This document shows, piece after piece, positions 30,374 to 39,403 of a stretch of 52,958 bases of DNA. The first letter of the stretch is position 1, and every line of letters begins with the position of its first letter. The notes beneath the pieces were generated by a model. It had not been told where the DNA came from and searched no databases. It worked only from the letters and a program-made list of their open reading frames with translations. The stretch comes from a virus: UHGV virus genome UHGV-0074814; one strand, written 5' to 3'. The translations under genes were made by a program, and so were the position numbers.

Positions 30374-30696
30374 ACTTTCAGGCCCCTCTCATGTAACCAG
30401 TGGGCTGCACGCAACCTAGCGTTCTCCTCAGCGGCAAGCAGTGCGCGGATGATACCGACCGCTTCGCTGTCGTCGTCCTTCACTGCGGTATGAAGCGTGA
30501 TCCCCCGGGCCACGCCACGCTTTATCGTGATGACGCCTTTTTTCTCCAGTGCGCGAAGATGCTCCACCGCTGCATTCACTGAACGGTATCCCAGCATGGT
30601 TGCCACCTCCTGATTGGTTGGCGGGAAGCCACGTTCTTTCTGATAAGAAATCAGCATATCCAGCACCTGCTGCTGGCATTGAGTTAACGTCGTCAT
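30370..30696 (-). CDS. LexA DNA-binding-domain-only protein (no peptidase domain)
   Basis: LTQCQQQVLDMLISYQKERGFPPTNQEVATMLGYRSVNAAVEHLRALEKKGVI closely parallels LexA N-terminal winged helix. Confidence 0.55.
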   Translation of the reverse strand: MTTLTQCQQQVLDMLISYQKERGFPPTNQEVATMLGYRSVNAAVEHLRALEKKGVITIKRGVARGITLHTAVKDDDSEAVGIIRALLAAEENARLRAAHWLHERGLKV

Positions 30697-31346
30697 GCCG
30701 CCATCTCCCTGACCAGTTTTTCCGCCTGCTGGCGAACCTGCGCCAGAAACGCCTCACCACATGCCTCAAGTTCATCGCGCCCGATGTAGCTGATTGCCGG
30801 TCCCTTCCAGGTCTTGTCGAAAACAGCAATAGCACCAGCGAAGAAAGCGCCTGTCGGCACCTGCTTCTCATCTTTCGGGATAAACCAGGCAGGCAGTTCA
30901 AAACCAATACGCCCGCGAATAAAAGCAATATGATCTGCATCTTCCGGCCACCACACTTCGCTGGTGGCAGCTTTGATCAGGAAAACATAGCGCCCGCCTT
31001 TATCACGCATGGCACTGGCATGTTTCATGATGTAACGCATGCCGGTGATGTATTGCCCCTCATGCTGACTGGCGCGGCTGTATGGGGGATTACCAAAGGC
31101 AGCACCTTTAAGCTCCGCAAGACGTTCTGACCAGTCATGCGCCAGCGCGTTGTCTTCCGCAGTGTAATAAGCGGCACATTTGGCGTTATCACCATCAGTG
31201 AACAGATCCAGAACAAACGGGCCAAACAGGGTGTTAATTCCCCAGAAAATGTTATCCGGCGTGCGCCACTGATCGCCCACTTCCTTCAGTTCATGGGCTG
31301 GTTTGTTCCGCAGTTCCACCAGCGCCTGGCAATATTTATTACTCAT
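30693..31346 (-). CDS. phage DNA N6-adenine methyltransferase (Dam-like)
   Basis: GNPPYSRA catalytic motif; start set at the ATG overlapping the upstream stop (TAATG). Confidence 0.7.
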   Translation of the reverse strand: MSNKYCQALVELRNKPAHELKEVGDQWRTPDNIFWGINTLFGPFVLDLFTDGDNAKCAAYYTAEDNALAHDWSERLAELKGAAFGNPPYSRASQHEGQYITGMRYIMKHASAMRDKGGRYVFLIKAATSEVWWPEDADHIAFIRGRIGFELPAWFIPKDEKQVPTGAFFAGAIAVFDKTWKGPAISYIGRDELEACGEAFLAQVRQQAEKLVREMAA

Positions 31347-31840
31347 TAAGCCCCCACGAAATTCCCTGACAGATACCACTCTTCACCCGATGCAGCGCGC
31401 TTGCTGCTTTTCCGTAAGCACCGCTCACGACGTGCCAGAAAATTGTTTCGTTCTGGCTGGGAGTGGCTTTCACGGAATGCCGCCATCCACACGGTTGCAG
31501 CACGACGGTATAAGCCCCTTGACTCCAGTTCTTCAGCCTGGCGGGTCAGGCACAAAATCACCCGGGGATCGTTAGTGCCGACATAGAAATTGCGCACAGG
31601 TCTGGTTTCACGAACTGGTTGTGGTTCCGGCTCCTGCGCTCTCTCAGTCAGGCGTGGGAAATGTCTGCGTGTATCTCCTTCACAACGGTGAGCCACACGC
31701 CCACTCTGACGTAACTTGCTTGCTGACTGCAGAACGCGCTGCCGTGAGTAACCTGCAAAAGCATCCGCAATGTCTCCGGAAGTACAGCCCGGATGGGCTT
31801 CAATGAATTTCTGAACGTCATTCAAAAGACTCATGCTCAC
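31346..31840 (-). CDS. hypothetical replication-region protein
   Basis: 164 aa, translationally coupled between O-like gene and Dam gene. Confidence 0.4.
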   Translation of the reverse strand: MSMSLLNDVQKFIEAHPGCTSGDIADAFAGYSRQRVLQSASKLRQSGRVAHRCEGDTRRHFPRLTERAQEPEPQPVRETRPVRNFYVGTNDPRVILCLTRQAEELESRGLYRRAATVWMAAFRESHSQPERNNFLARRERCLRKSSKRAASGEEWYLSGNFVGA

Positions 31841-32778
31841 CCCCTGAATCCTGCCGGGATCTGGCTGTAGTCCACATTGTCGTAACTGGCTTTGAAGTAC
31901 GGGTCTTCGCGTTTTTCTGTGTACGTGCTGACGGACGGCGATAAGCGCAGGGAAAGCTCATCCCATTTTTCCCGCAGCTTCGACGGGCTGAGCACGTTAC
32001 GGCACCAGAACGGATCGCGGCTGACGCGGCTGTACATCTCGCAGATTTGTTTGTGAGTACGACCATCCTGCACACACATCAGGCGAATTTCGTTTGCCCA
32101 GGCTGTCCAGTTCGGTTCTTTGGGACGAACCACCTCGCCGTCACATTCGGCAGCCTGCTCGTACAGGGCGATGATTTTTTTCCAGAGCCACTGTGCGCAG
32201 GTCAAATCATCCTGCGTCCCCCACTGGCGCTTTTTAGGGCTGAATACAACCGCATCAGGATGGCGAGTTAAAAAATCCTGTTCAGCCGTCTGCGTGTCCG
32301 GTTGCGAAGCGTCCGGACGAGAAGTTTTTTTATCTGACGGATCATGTTTTGATTTTACTGACGGATCCCCGCCAGATTCTGACGGGTGAAAACCCGCTTT
32401 TTTGCCAGATTTCGACGCATCAAATTTTGACGGGTCAGATTTTGATGCGTCAGATTTTGACGGGTCAGAATCTGACAGTTGAGAAAATGCCGCTGCCTGA
32501 AGCTTCGCAACGTTAAGCTGATAAACATTCGACGCATTGCGGTTACCCTGGCGACGCGCCTTACGCGTTAACCAGCCTTCTGCTTCCAGCCGTGCGATAG
32601 CCGTTCTGACGGTACTCATCCCCGCGCCAATCTGACGGGCAATGGTTTTAATTGATGGCCAGCACACACCTTCGTCATTACTGAAATCAGCCAGGCGGGC
32701 CATAATTGCCACGCTGGATAACTTCATGCCTGATGCAGCGCAACCATCCCATACATAGCCGGTTAATTTAGTGCTCAT
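31837..32778 (-). CDS. replication initiation protein (O-like, N-terminal winged HTH) containing ori iterons
   Basis: N-terminal HTH SIKTIARQIGAGMSTVRTAIARLEAEGWL; internal peptide repeats encoded by 15-bp DNA iterons. Confidence 0.6.
   Translation of the reverse strand: MSTKLTGYVWDGCAASGMKLSSVAIMARLADFSNDEGVCWPSIKTIARQIGAGMSTVRTAIARLEAEGWLTRKARRQGNRNASNVYQLNVAKLQAAAFSQLSDSDPSKSDASKSDPSKFDASKSGKKAGFHPSESGGDPSVKSKHDPSDKKTSRPDASQPDTQTAEQDFLTRHPDAVVFSPKKRQWGTQDDLTCAQWLWKKIIALYEQAAECDGEVVRPKEPNWTAWANEIRLMCVQDGRTHKQICEMYSRVSRDPFWCRNVLSPSKLREKWDELSLRLSPSVSTYTEKREDPYFKASYDNVDYSQIPAGFRG
32351..32481. repeat. tandem iterons (~7 copies of 15-bp unit AGATTTTGACGGGTC and variants); putative origin of replication
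   Basis: Read directly: gattttactgacgg / agattctgacgggtg / agatttcgacgcatc / aaattttgacgggtc / agattttgatgcgtc / agattttgacgggtc / agaatctgacagttg. Confidence 0.6.
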
Positions 32779-32787
32779 GACCGACCT

Positions 32788-33126
32788 CTATTTCCCTGAA
32801 TTTACGACGAAACTGTTCGAGCGGACTGAAGCATTCATGCTCATAACCTTCGCGGAGGTAGATAACCCGTTGTGTTTCCGGCTCCCAACGAATGACTCTG
32901 ACGGGCACTCCGTAGTGATCTTTGAACCAGCGGTTAACTTGTCGCAAAGGACTGTCTCCTTCTGCCGGTTGAAATCACCCACAGCCCACTCTGCAAAGCT
33001 GTGGGTTACAATTTCCCTGTCACCTGGTACATTCACTGCATAGCAATATTCCACCTTCGCTTTTCCACCCGGTACCGGAAGCGCAATCAGTTGCGAGCGA
33101 CGGTAGTGTGTTGTTAAACTGTTCAT
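32788..33126 (-). CDS. hypothetical early protein (YmfM-like position)
   Basis: 112 aa, start overlaps stop of upstream gene. Confidence 0.35.
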   Translation of the reverse strand: MNSLTTHYRRSQLIALPVPGGKAKVEYCYAVNVPGDREIVTHSFAEWAVGDFNRQKETVLCDKLTAGSKITTECPSESFVGSRKHNGLSTSAKVMSMNASVRSNSFVVNSGK

Positions 33127-33680
33127 GCGTTAGTTTCTCCACAACCAGAAGCAATCGACGCCACGACGCCCGGAGCTGCACACTCGCGGGCGTCATTACT
33201 TTCTGAAATGCAAAAAATTTTGTAGACAAGTGCTGCATGCTCCTGCAGCTTCGAAATTGAGAGATACAGCTCGTCGTTAATTGCTGTCTTCTCATGCGGT
33301 TCCACTACACCGTCTTCGATTGCTGAACGAATCTGTTTTGAATAACTGCCGATCTGTTCAATGACTTCCAGCAGACGCTGGTTAATATCGGCGTTGTCCA
33401 CATCCTCGACGTCAGGAAGAGACACAAAGACGCCATTTGCAGACTGCGCCACAGCATCAGCAATGAAGTGAGTGCCACCAGCACGCTGTAAAACCATTGC
33501 CCATCCCAGCGGGAAAATCTGATCGCCATCTGCACGAAGGCGGTTGAATAAAGCGTTTTCTGTTACATCGAGCCAGTCAGCCGCTTCAGCGTAACCACCC
33601 GGCAACGCCGCGATAGTTTTTCTGACAGCTTTCACGTACCACTCAGGCTGTTTTTCTATTTTCCAGTGATGCTTACCCAC
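33123..33680 (-). CDS. hypothetical early regulatory protein (CII/YdaT-like position)
   Basis: 185 aa immediately downstream of cro-like gene. Confidence 0.35.
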   Translation of the reverse strand: MGKHHWKIEKQPEWYVKAVRKTIAALPGGYAEAADWLDVTENALFNRLRADGDQIFPLGWAMVLQRAGGTHFIADAVAQSANGVFVSLPDVEDVDNADINQRLLEVIEQIGSYSKQIRSAIEDGVVEPHEKTAINDELYLSISKLQEHAALVYKIFCISESNDARECAAPGVVASIASGCGETNA

Positions 33681-33933
33681 GGTTCACCTCCTGTTCCTGT
33701 GGTTTAAACCCATTCTGATTTTGGCTAGATTGAAAACGTGCCGGATAAAGAATCTGCATTTCGCTGACTTCACCCTTAAAAAAATTGGCTAAACGTTCTG
33801 CAAGCTCGATAGATGGAATCTGCTCCAGCCTCTCAATACGACTCAACGTCGCTGGATTGACTTGAACACCCGCAGCAACATGCTGCAAAGTGAAACCATG
33901 CGCCTTACGCACATTTCGTAATGGTGATTGCAT
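33673..33933 (-). CDS. Cro-like HTH (XRE family) repressor
   Basis: 86 aa; HTH VAAGVQVNPATLSRIERLEQIP; divergent from CI gene. Confidence 0.7.
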   Translation of the reverse strand: MQSPLRNVRKAHGFTLQHVAAGVQVNPATLSRIERLEQIPSIELAERLANFFKGEVSEMQILYPARFQSSQNQNGFKPQEQEVNRG

Positions 33934-34030
33934 ATACCCTCCAAATATTGCGCGTTATGCATGTTATTTCACGCAATTATTTTGCGCAAGTTGATTTGCT
34001 TATCACGCAATAAAGAAATGTAATAAACGC
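33934..34030. promoter_or_regulatory. OR-like divergent promoter/operator region between cro-like and cI-like genes
   Basis: Four TTGCGC/CACGCAAT motifs at 33948, 33970, 33982, 34004 including palindromic TTGCGCAA. Confidence 0.5.
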
Positions 34031-34723
34031 ATGAACATAGGAAACCGAGTCAGACAACTTCGCCAAGCGAAGAACATGAAAATCGCCGATCTCGCTGAAG
34101 CAATAGGAGTAGATGCGGCGAACATCTCGCGCTTAGAAACGGGTAAGCAAAAACAATTTACCGAACAAACACTGAGTAATATTGCCAAGAGCTTAGGTGT
34201 TGATATTGCTGATCTCTTTACCTCTGCCCTCAAAAGTAATACTGTATATAAAAACAGTAATAATGAGGATGTTGCGCAGGTGAAGGATGTGTTCCGTATT
34301 GAAATGCTGGATATCAGTGCCAGTGCGGGAAATGGCCTTATCCAGGGCGGTGATGTCATTGATGTGATTCATGCCATCGAATACAGAACTGATAATGCTG
34401 TATCAATGTTCGGCGGACGACCAGCCAATCACATCAAAGTTATCAACGTTCGTGGGGACAGTATGTGTCCAACCATTGAGCCAGGAGATCTCATCTTCGT
34501 TGATGTCAGCATCAATCAGTTTGATGGTGATGGTATATATGTCTTTGGTTTTGATGACAAAATATACGTTAAAAGACTTCAAATGATTCCTGACAAACTG
34601 CTGGTGATTTCTGATAACCAGATTTACCGTGAATGGGGAATTACTAGCGAAAACGAACACCGATTCATGGTCTTTGGAAAGGTCTTAATCAGTCAGTCGC
34701 AAACCCTTAAGAGACATAATTAA
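34031..34723 (+). CDS. CI-like repressor (HTH plus S24 LexA-like peptidase domain)
   Basis: N-terminal HTH IADLAEAIGVDAANISRLETGKQ; C-terminal VRGDSMCPTIEPGDLIFVD and K in KRLQ (Ser/Lys dyad). Confidence 0.8.
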   Translation: MNIGNRVRQLRQAKNMKIADLAEAIGVDAANISRLETGKQKQFTEQTLSNIAKSLGVDIADLFTSALKSNTVYKNSNNEDVAQVKDVFRIEMLDISASAGNGLIQGGDVIDVIHAIEYRTDNAVSMFGGRPANHIKVINVRGDSMCPTIEPGDLIFVDVSINQFDGDGIYVFGFDDKIYVKRLQMIPDKLLVISDNQIYREWGITSENEHRFMVFGKVLISQSQTLKRHN

Positions 34724-34742
34724 CCTCAATATCCCATCCATC

Positions 34743-34765
34743 GGCCACCGAAAGGTGGCTTTTTA
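34743..34765 (+). terminator. rho-independent terminator after cI-like gene
   Basis: Stem gccacc/ggtggc with gaaa loop followed by TTTTTA. Confidence 0.55.
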
Positions 34766-34777
34766 TTACCCATCATT

Positions 34778-34814
34778 TTGCATATATCGCAATATTACTT
34801 GCATATCTCGCAAT
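34778..34814. promoter_or_regulatory. OL-like operator repeats (two 16-bp direct repeats TTGCATAT(A/C)TCGCAAT, 21 bp apart)
   Basis: Repeats at 34778-34793 and 34799-34814; share CGCAAT core with OR motifs. Confidence 0.4.
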
Positions 34815-35000
34815 TTAATTTTATCTTTTGTTCCAGACCAACTACAGGATTACAACAAAATCTGGTTGCAAAACGGTGCATGTGTCGTAAGCGGTCAGTA
34901 AATGTCAAAAACGAACAGGCAGGACGCCCACGAAGTAGCAGCCTGGGGCATATGAAGTCCAGGATGATTCGTTAGCGGATGATTTCAGTGGAGAGAATAG

Positions 35001-35309
35001 ATGAATGAGCAGGATTTGAAGCATGTGATCGCATTGTTGCTGGAAGACGCTAAACGTTTGCAGCAGATAGAGCCAAATGCAGGCACTGAGGCCCGTATTT
35101 TGTTAGCAAAACAGGCATTAAAGACTTGCGAGGCGCAAGACCCTGATCGAACCAAGTTCATGAATTTCATGGCTAACACGATCACCCCACTGCCATGCAA
35201 TGGAGAGAGGGTGAGCCGTGTTTATCACGACACAATGGTTAAGGCATTAAGAATCGAGCTTGATGGGCTTAGGCGTAAGATCGTGATGAACAAAATCGTT
35301 GCCAACTAA
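35001..35309 (+). CDS. hypothetical early-left protein
   Basis: 102 aa with SD GGAGAG 8 nt upstream. Confidence 0.35.
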   Translation: MNEQDLKHVIALLLEDAKRLQQIEPNAGTEARILLAKQALKTCEAQDPDRTKFMNFMANTITPLPCNGERVSRVYHDTMVKALRIELDGLRRKIVMNKIVAN

Positions 35310-35588
35310 GGAAGCAGACGGAAGTAAGCATGCGCTTTGTTCAAATTTGCAGACAAATATATTTGCGTCAACACCAGCACTGTTAGCAATGGAAAAAGTT
35401 TGATCAAGGATTTGTTGGCAGTTCATTGTGCTTTTGAGGATATATCCCTCTGGAATCAGTCTGCAGCAGCTATCGTCAGACTCTTTGATTGTTTTCTGGT
35501 ACAGAAAGTTAAGCATTAATTCTTCAAATTTTTTGGTCTGTTCGGCTGTTGCTTCAAACAGACGAACGTGAACATAAAACTGGTTCAT
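35247..35588 (-). CDS. hypothetical protein, opposite orientation to early-left operon
   Basis: 113 aa from ATG preceded by AAGGAAA; Cys-containing; no family recognised. Confidence 0.35.
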   Translation of the reverse strand: MNQFYVHVRLFEATAEQTKKFEELMLNFLYQKTIKESDDSCCRLIPEGYILKSTMNCQQILDQTFSIANSAGVDANIFVCKFEQSACLLPSASLVGNDFVHHDLTPKPIKLDS

Positions 35589-35867
35589 TAGGTTTCCTTG
35601 CTGGCTGTGTGAGAACTCCAGCATACCACCGAGCCTGAAGTGGTGAAAAGACAGGCAATAGTTTCATTGCTGTGTGTAGTCCTGGCGGTACCAGTTTGTA
35701 CCCTTGCTTCCGGCTGGTACCGCTCTTTTTACAAAACAGAGAAGAGCATCACCGGACGACGGGCTCATAACCCAATCCATCCGGGCGGCTGCCACCGCAG
35801 GTGTTCTTCTCTGTTTTGTGGAGAAACCAACCGACCTTGCAGGGTCGATATGATGAGGAGCAGCAAA

Positions 35868-36230
35868 ATGGCTAGCGAACGCGGTACTGATGTGCAGGCA
35901 TTTATCGGGGAGCTGGACGGCGGCGTATTTGAAACCAAAATCGGCGCAGTTCTCAGTGAAGTCGCTTCCGGTGTGATGAACACGAAAACCAAAGGTAAGG
36001 TCTCGCTCAACCTGGAAATCGAACCGTTTGATGAGAACCGTGTGAAAATCAAACACAAACTCTCATATGTTCGCCCGACTAACCGCGGGAAAATTTCCGA
36101 AGAAGACACCACCGAAACGCCGATGTATGTCAATCGCGGTGGTCGCCTGACTATTCTGCAGGAAGACCAGGGACAATTACTGACTCTTGCCGGTGAACCT
36201 GACGGAAAACTCCGCGCAGCAGGTCGTTAA
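35868..36230 (+). CDS. YfdP-like hypothetical phage protein
   Basis: 120 aa from ATG with SD GAGGAG; synteny with YfdQ/YfdR-like genes as in CPS-53. Confidence 0.45.
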   Translation: MASERGTDVQAFIGELDGGVFETKIGAVLSEVASGVMNTKTKGKVSLNLEIEPFDENRVKIKHKLSYVRPTNRGKISEEDTTETPMYVNRGGRLTILQEDQGQLLTLAGEPDGKLRAAGR

Positions 36231-36295
36231 TATCGTTCTTAATTAACCGATTATTTATCTCATCACTGAATATCTTTATATAGTGAGGACTTATT

Positions 36296-37120
36296 ATGTC
36301 TCAGAACTTAGACGCAACCGCAATTAATCAAATCCATGCCCTTATTTCTGCTCAGGGTGTTAATGAAATTATCAGTAAGATTGGTGCCGATGCTGTGGCA
36401 TTGCCTGAGAATTTCCGCATTCATGATCTGGAAAAATTTAATTTAAATCGCTTCCGTTTCCGTGGTGCGCTTTCCACTGCCAGCATCGATGACTTTACCC
36501 GTTATTCTAAAGATCTTGCAGATGAAGGCACCCGCTGCTTTATCGATGCTGATAATATGCGTGCCGTCAGTGTGCTTAACCTGGGTACTATTGATGAACC
36601 AGGTCACGCAGATAACACCGCCACTCTCAAACTGAAAAAGACAGCACCGTTCTCTGCCCTGTTGTCTGTTAACGGCGAGCGTAACTCCCAGAAGTCACTG
36701 GCAGAATGGATTGAAGACTGGGCCGACTACCTTGTGGGCTTTGATGCTAATGGTGACGCTATTCAGGCAACAAAAGCGGCTGCGGCAGTCCGTAAAATCA
36801 CGATTGAAGCAAACCAGACCGCTGATTTTGAAGATAATGACTTCAGCGGCAAACGCTCCCTGATGGAGTCTGTCGAAGCGAAGACCAAAGACATTATGCC
36901 AGTGGCATTTGAATTTAAATGCGTTCCGTTTGAAGGCCTTAAAGAACGTCCGTTTAAATTACGCCTCAGCATTATCACTGGCGATCGTCCTGTACTGGTA
37001 CTACGCATTATTCAGCTGGAAGCAGTGCAGGAGGAAATGGCTAACGAATTTCGTGATCTGCTTGTTGATAAATTCAAAGACAGCAAAGTAGAAACCTTTA
37101 TTGGTACTTTCACCGCCTGA
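36296..37120 (+). CDS. YfdQ-like protein (DUF2303)
   Basis: 274 aa, length and synteny as CPS-53 yfdQ; family call from memory. Confidence 0.5.
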   Translation: MSQNLDATAINQIHALISAQGVNEIISKIGADAVALPENFRIHDLEKFNLNRFRFRGALSTASIDDFTRYSKDLADEGTRCFIDADNMRAVSVLNLGTIDEPGHADNTATLKLKKTAPFSALLSVNGERNSQKSLAEWIEDWADYLVGFDANGDAIQATKAAAAVRKITIEANQTADFEDNDFSGKRSLMESVEAKTKDIMPVAFEFKCVPFEGLKERPFKLRLSIITGDRPVLVLRIIQLEAVQEEMANEFRDLLVDKFKDSKVETFIGTFTA

Positions 37121-37247
37121 TTTCATTACTGCAAATGCCCCTGCGGGGGCATTTATGGAAACATAATTTACTCAATAATCGCCGGATGGTGATGGCTTCC
37201 TTTTACCAGAATTCAGCGCGGTGCAGCGCATATACGTGGAGAACAAA

Positions 37248-37784
37248 ATGTCATTTATTAAAACTTTTTCCGGGAAGCATTTTTATTATGACAGGATAAA
37301 TAAAGACGACATCGTTATTAACGATATCGCGGTTTCCCTTTCAAATATCTGTCGCTTTGCAGGACATCTTTCACACTTCTACAGCGTCGCCCAACATGCG
37401 GTGCTTTGCAGCCAGCTGGTACCGCAGGAATTTGCTTTTGAAGCGTTAATGCATGATGCAACAGAAGCATATTGCCAGGACATCCCCGCACCACTGAAAC
37501 GCCTTCTTCCTGACTATAAACGGATGGAAGAAAAAATAGACGCCGTAATCCGTGAGAAATACGGGTTACCTCAGGCTATGAGCACGCCCGTGAAATATGC
37601 CGATCTCATCATGCTGGCAACCGAACGCCGCGATCTCGGGCTTGATGATGGCTCTTTCTGGCCAGTATTGGAAGGTATCCCGGCAACAGAGATGTTCGAA
37701 GTTGTTCCTCTGGCTCCTGGCCATGCCTACGAGATATTTATGGAACGTTTTAAAGAGCTGCATAAGATACATAAGCAATCCTGA
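37248..37784 (+). CDS. HD-domain 5'-deoxynucleotidase YfdR-like
   Basis: 178 aa from ATG with SD GGAGAA; HD motif ALMHDATEAY. Confidence 0.55.
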   Translation: MSFIKTFSGKHFYYDRINKDDIVINDIAVSLSNICRFAGHLSHFYSVAQHAVLCSQLVPQEFAFEALMHDATEAYCQDIPAPLKRLLPDYKRMEEKIDAVIREKYGLPQAMSTPVKYADLIMLATERRDLGLDDGSFWPVLEGIPATEMFEVVPLAPGHAYEIFMERFKELHKIHKQS

Positions 37785-37824
37785 CAGCGAAATTAACTAG
37801 TGAAATAGTTTTGTAGCAAAAGAA

Positions 37825-38085
37825 ATGAGGTTATCAAAAATGCTTCAAATGCTGACACTTGAGGAATGGGCTGCGGAAAAATTTAGGAGTAATCCTCCAA
37901 GTGTGTCCACATTGCGTCGTTATGCTAAGCAGAATTTATTTTGTCCACCAGCAATGAAACAAGGTCGACTCTGGCGAGTACGTGAGGACGCAGAGTTAGT
38001 TGGGGAATTAGTTACTCCAGTAATCAAGAAAAGTGATTCTATTATTCTGCAAAGGATTTTAAGCAATGGCAGCCAGACCACGTAA
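37825..38085 (+). CDS. excisionase (lambda Xis-like); start may be one of two downstream ATGs
   Basis: MLTLEEW...STLRRYAKQNLFCPP resembles lambda Xis; overlaps integrase start. Confidence 0.6.
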   Translation: MRLSKMLQMLTLEEWAAEKFRSNPPSVSTLRRYAKQNLFCPPAMKQGRLWRVREDAELVGELVTPVIKKSDSIILQRILSNGSQTT

Positions 38086-39193
38086 AAATAATGTTTCAGT
38101 ACCTAACTTGTATCCGCTTTATAGTAGAAAAGTAAATAAAGTCTATTGGCGATATAAGCATCCAGTGACCGGGAAATTTCATTCGTTGGGCACAAATGAA
38201 GCTGAAGCTATTGCTATTGCCACTGAAGCTAACACTCGTCTGGCTGAGCAAAGAACCCGGCAGATTCTAGCTATCAGTGATAGGATCGCAACCAGCAAAG
38301 GAAAAGCGATCACAACGTCAACCTGGTTAGATCGCTATCAAGCGATCCAGGATGACAGGCTCAAAAGTGGTGATATAAGACTCAACACCTATAAGCAAAA
38401 AGCTAAACCAGTATCCTTGCTCAGAGAACGAGCAGGAATGAAGTTGATCTCATCCGTTGATGTTAGAGATATAGCACAATTGCTTGATGAGTATATTGCA
38501 GCTGGACAGCCTAGAATGGCCCAAGTCGTTAGGTCTGTATTGATCGATGTGTTTAAGGAAGCACAGCATTATGGCGAAGTTCCGCCAGGGTATAACCCTG
38601 CTCTTGCGACGAAGCAACCCAAAAGAAAAATTACCCGTCAACGCCTCAGCCTGGAAGAATGGCAAAAAATATTCGATATAGCAGACGCCAGTCATCGTTA
38701 CATGGGAAATGCCATGCTCCTAGCTTTGGTCACTGGGCAGCGTTTGGGAGATATATCCAAAATGAAATTTAGTGATATTTGGGAAGATCATCTTCACGTC
38801 ATTCAGGAAAAGACTGGAAGCAAAATCGCTATCCCTCTTTCTCTTCGCCTCAATGCGATTAACTGGAGTTTACGCGATGTAATAGCCCGCTGCCGTGACT
38901 ATGCAGTCAGCCCATACCTAGTGCATTTTTTCCGTTCAACTTCACAAGCAGAACGTGGGGCACAGGTTAAATCCAATACATTGACGATGAACTTTAGTAA
39001 AGCGAGAGATTTAGCAGGAATTGACTGGGGTGATGGCTCACCCGCAACATTCCATGAACAAAGATCGTTATCTGAACGCCTGTACAAGGAGCAAGGGATA
39101 GATACCAGAAAGCTACTTGGGCATAAAACACAACAACAAACCGATCGTTACCATGATGACCGAGGGAAAGGTTGGAGCAAAGTAGCTTTGTGA
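38066..39193 (+). CDS. tyrosine integrase (lambda Int family, e14 IntE-like)
   Basis: 375 aa; C-terminal catalytic region with R...HxxR...Y (HKTQQQTDRYHDD); adjacent to Xis and att-side icd repeat. Confidence 0.85.
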   Translation: MAARPRKNNVSVPNLYPLYSRKVNKVYWRYKHPVTGKFHSLGTNEAEAIAIATEANTRLAEQRTRQILAISDRIATSKGKAITTSTWLDRYQAIQDDRLKSGDIRLNTYKQKAKPVSLLRERAGMKLISSVDVRDIAQLLDEYIAAGQPRMAQVVRSVLIDVFKEAQHYGEVPPGYNPALATKQPKRKITRQRLSLEEWQKIFDIADASHRYMGNAMLLALVTGQRLGDISKMKFSDIWEDHLHVIQEKTGSKIAIPLSLRLNAINWSLRDVIARCRDYAVSPYLVHFFRSTSQAERGAQVKSNTLTMNFSKARDLAGIDWGDGSPATFHEQRSLSERLYKEQGIDTRKLLGHKTQQQTDRYHDDRGKGWSKVAL

Positions 39194-39403
39194 GCGTTTA
39201 AGTTTCTCAATCCCACATTAATTATCTCATCACACATGTAACAGGCCAAACAGACTGCTCTGAGCGACGAACCGTTGTTGACCAGTAACGCCATAGAGTA
39301 TATTCAGTAAGTGTTCCAATGTATATAAGAAATGCGCTGTGTATATTTTTAATTCAAAATAGTTTGAAGCACAATCATGAAACAGATTCTTATGAATACA
39401 AAA

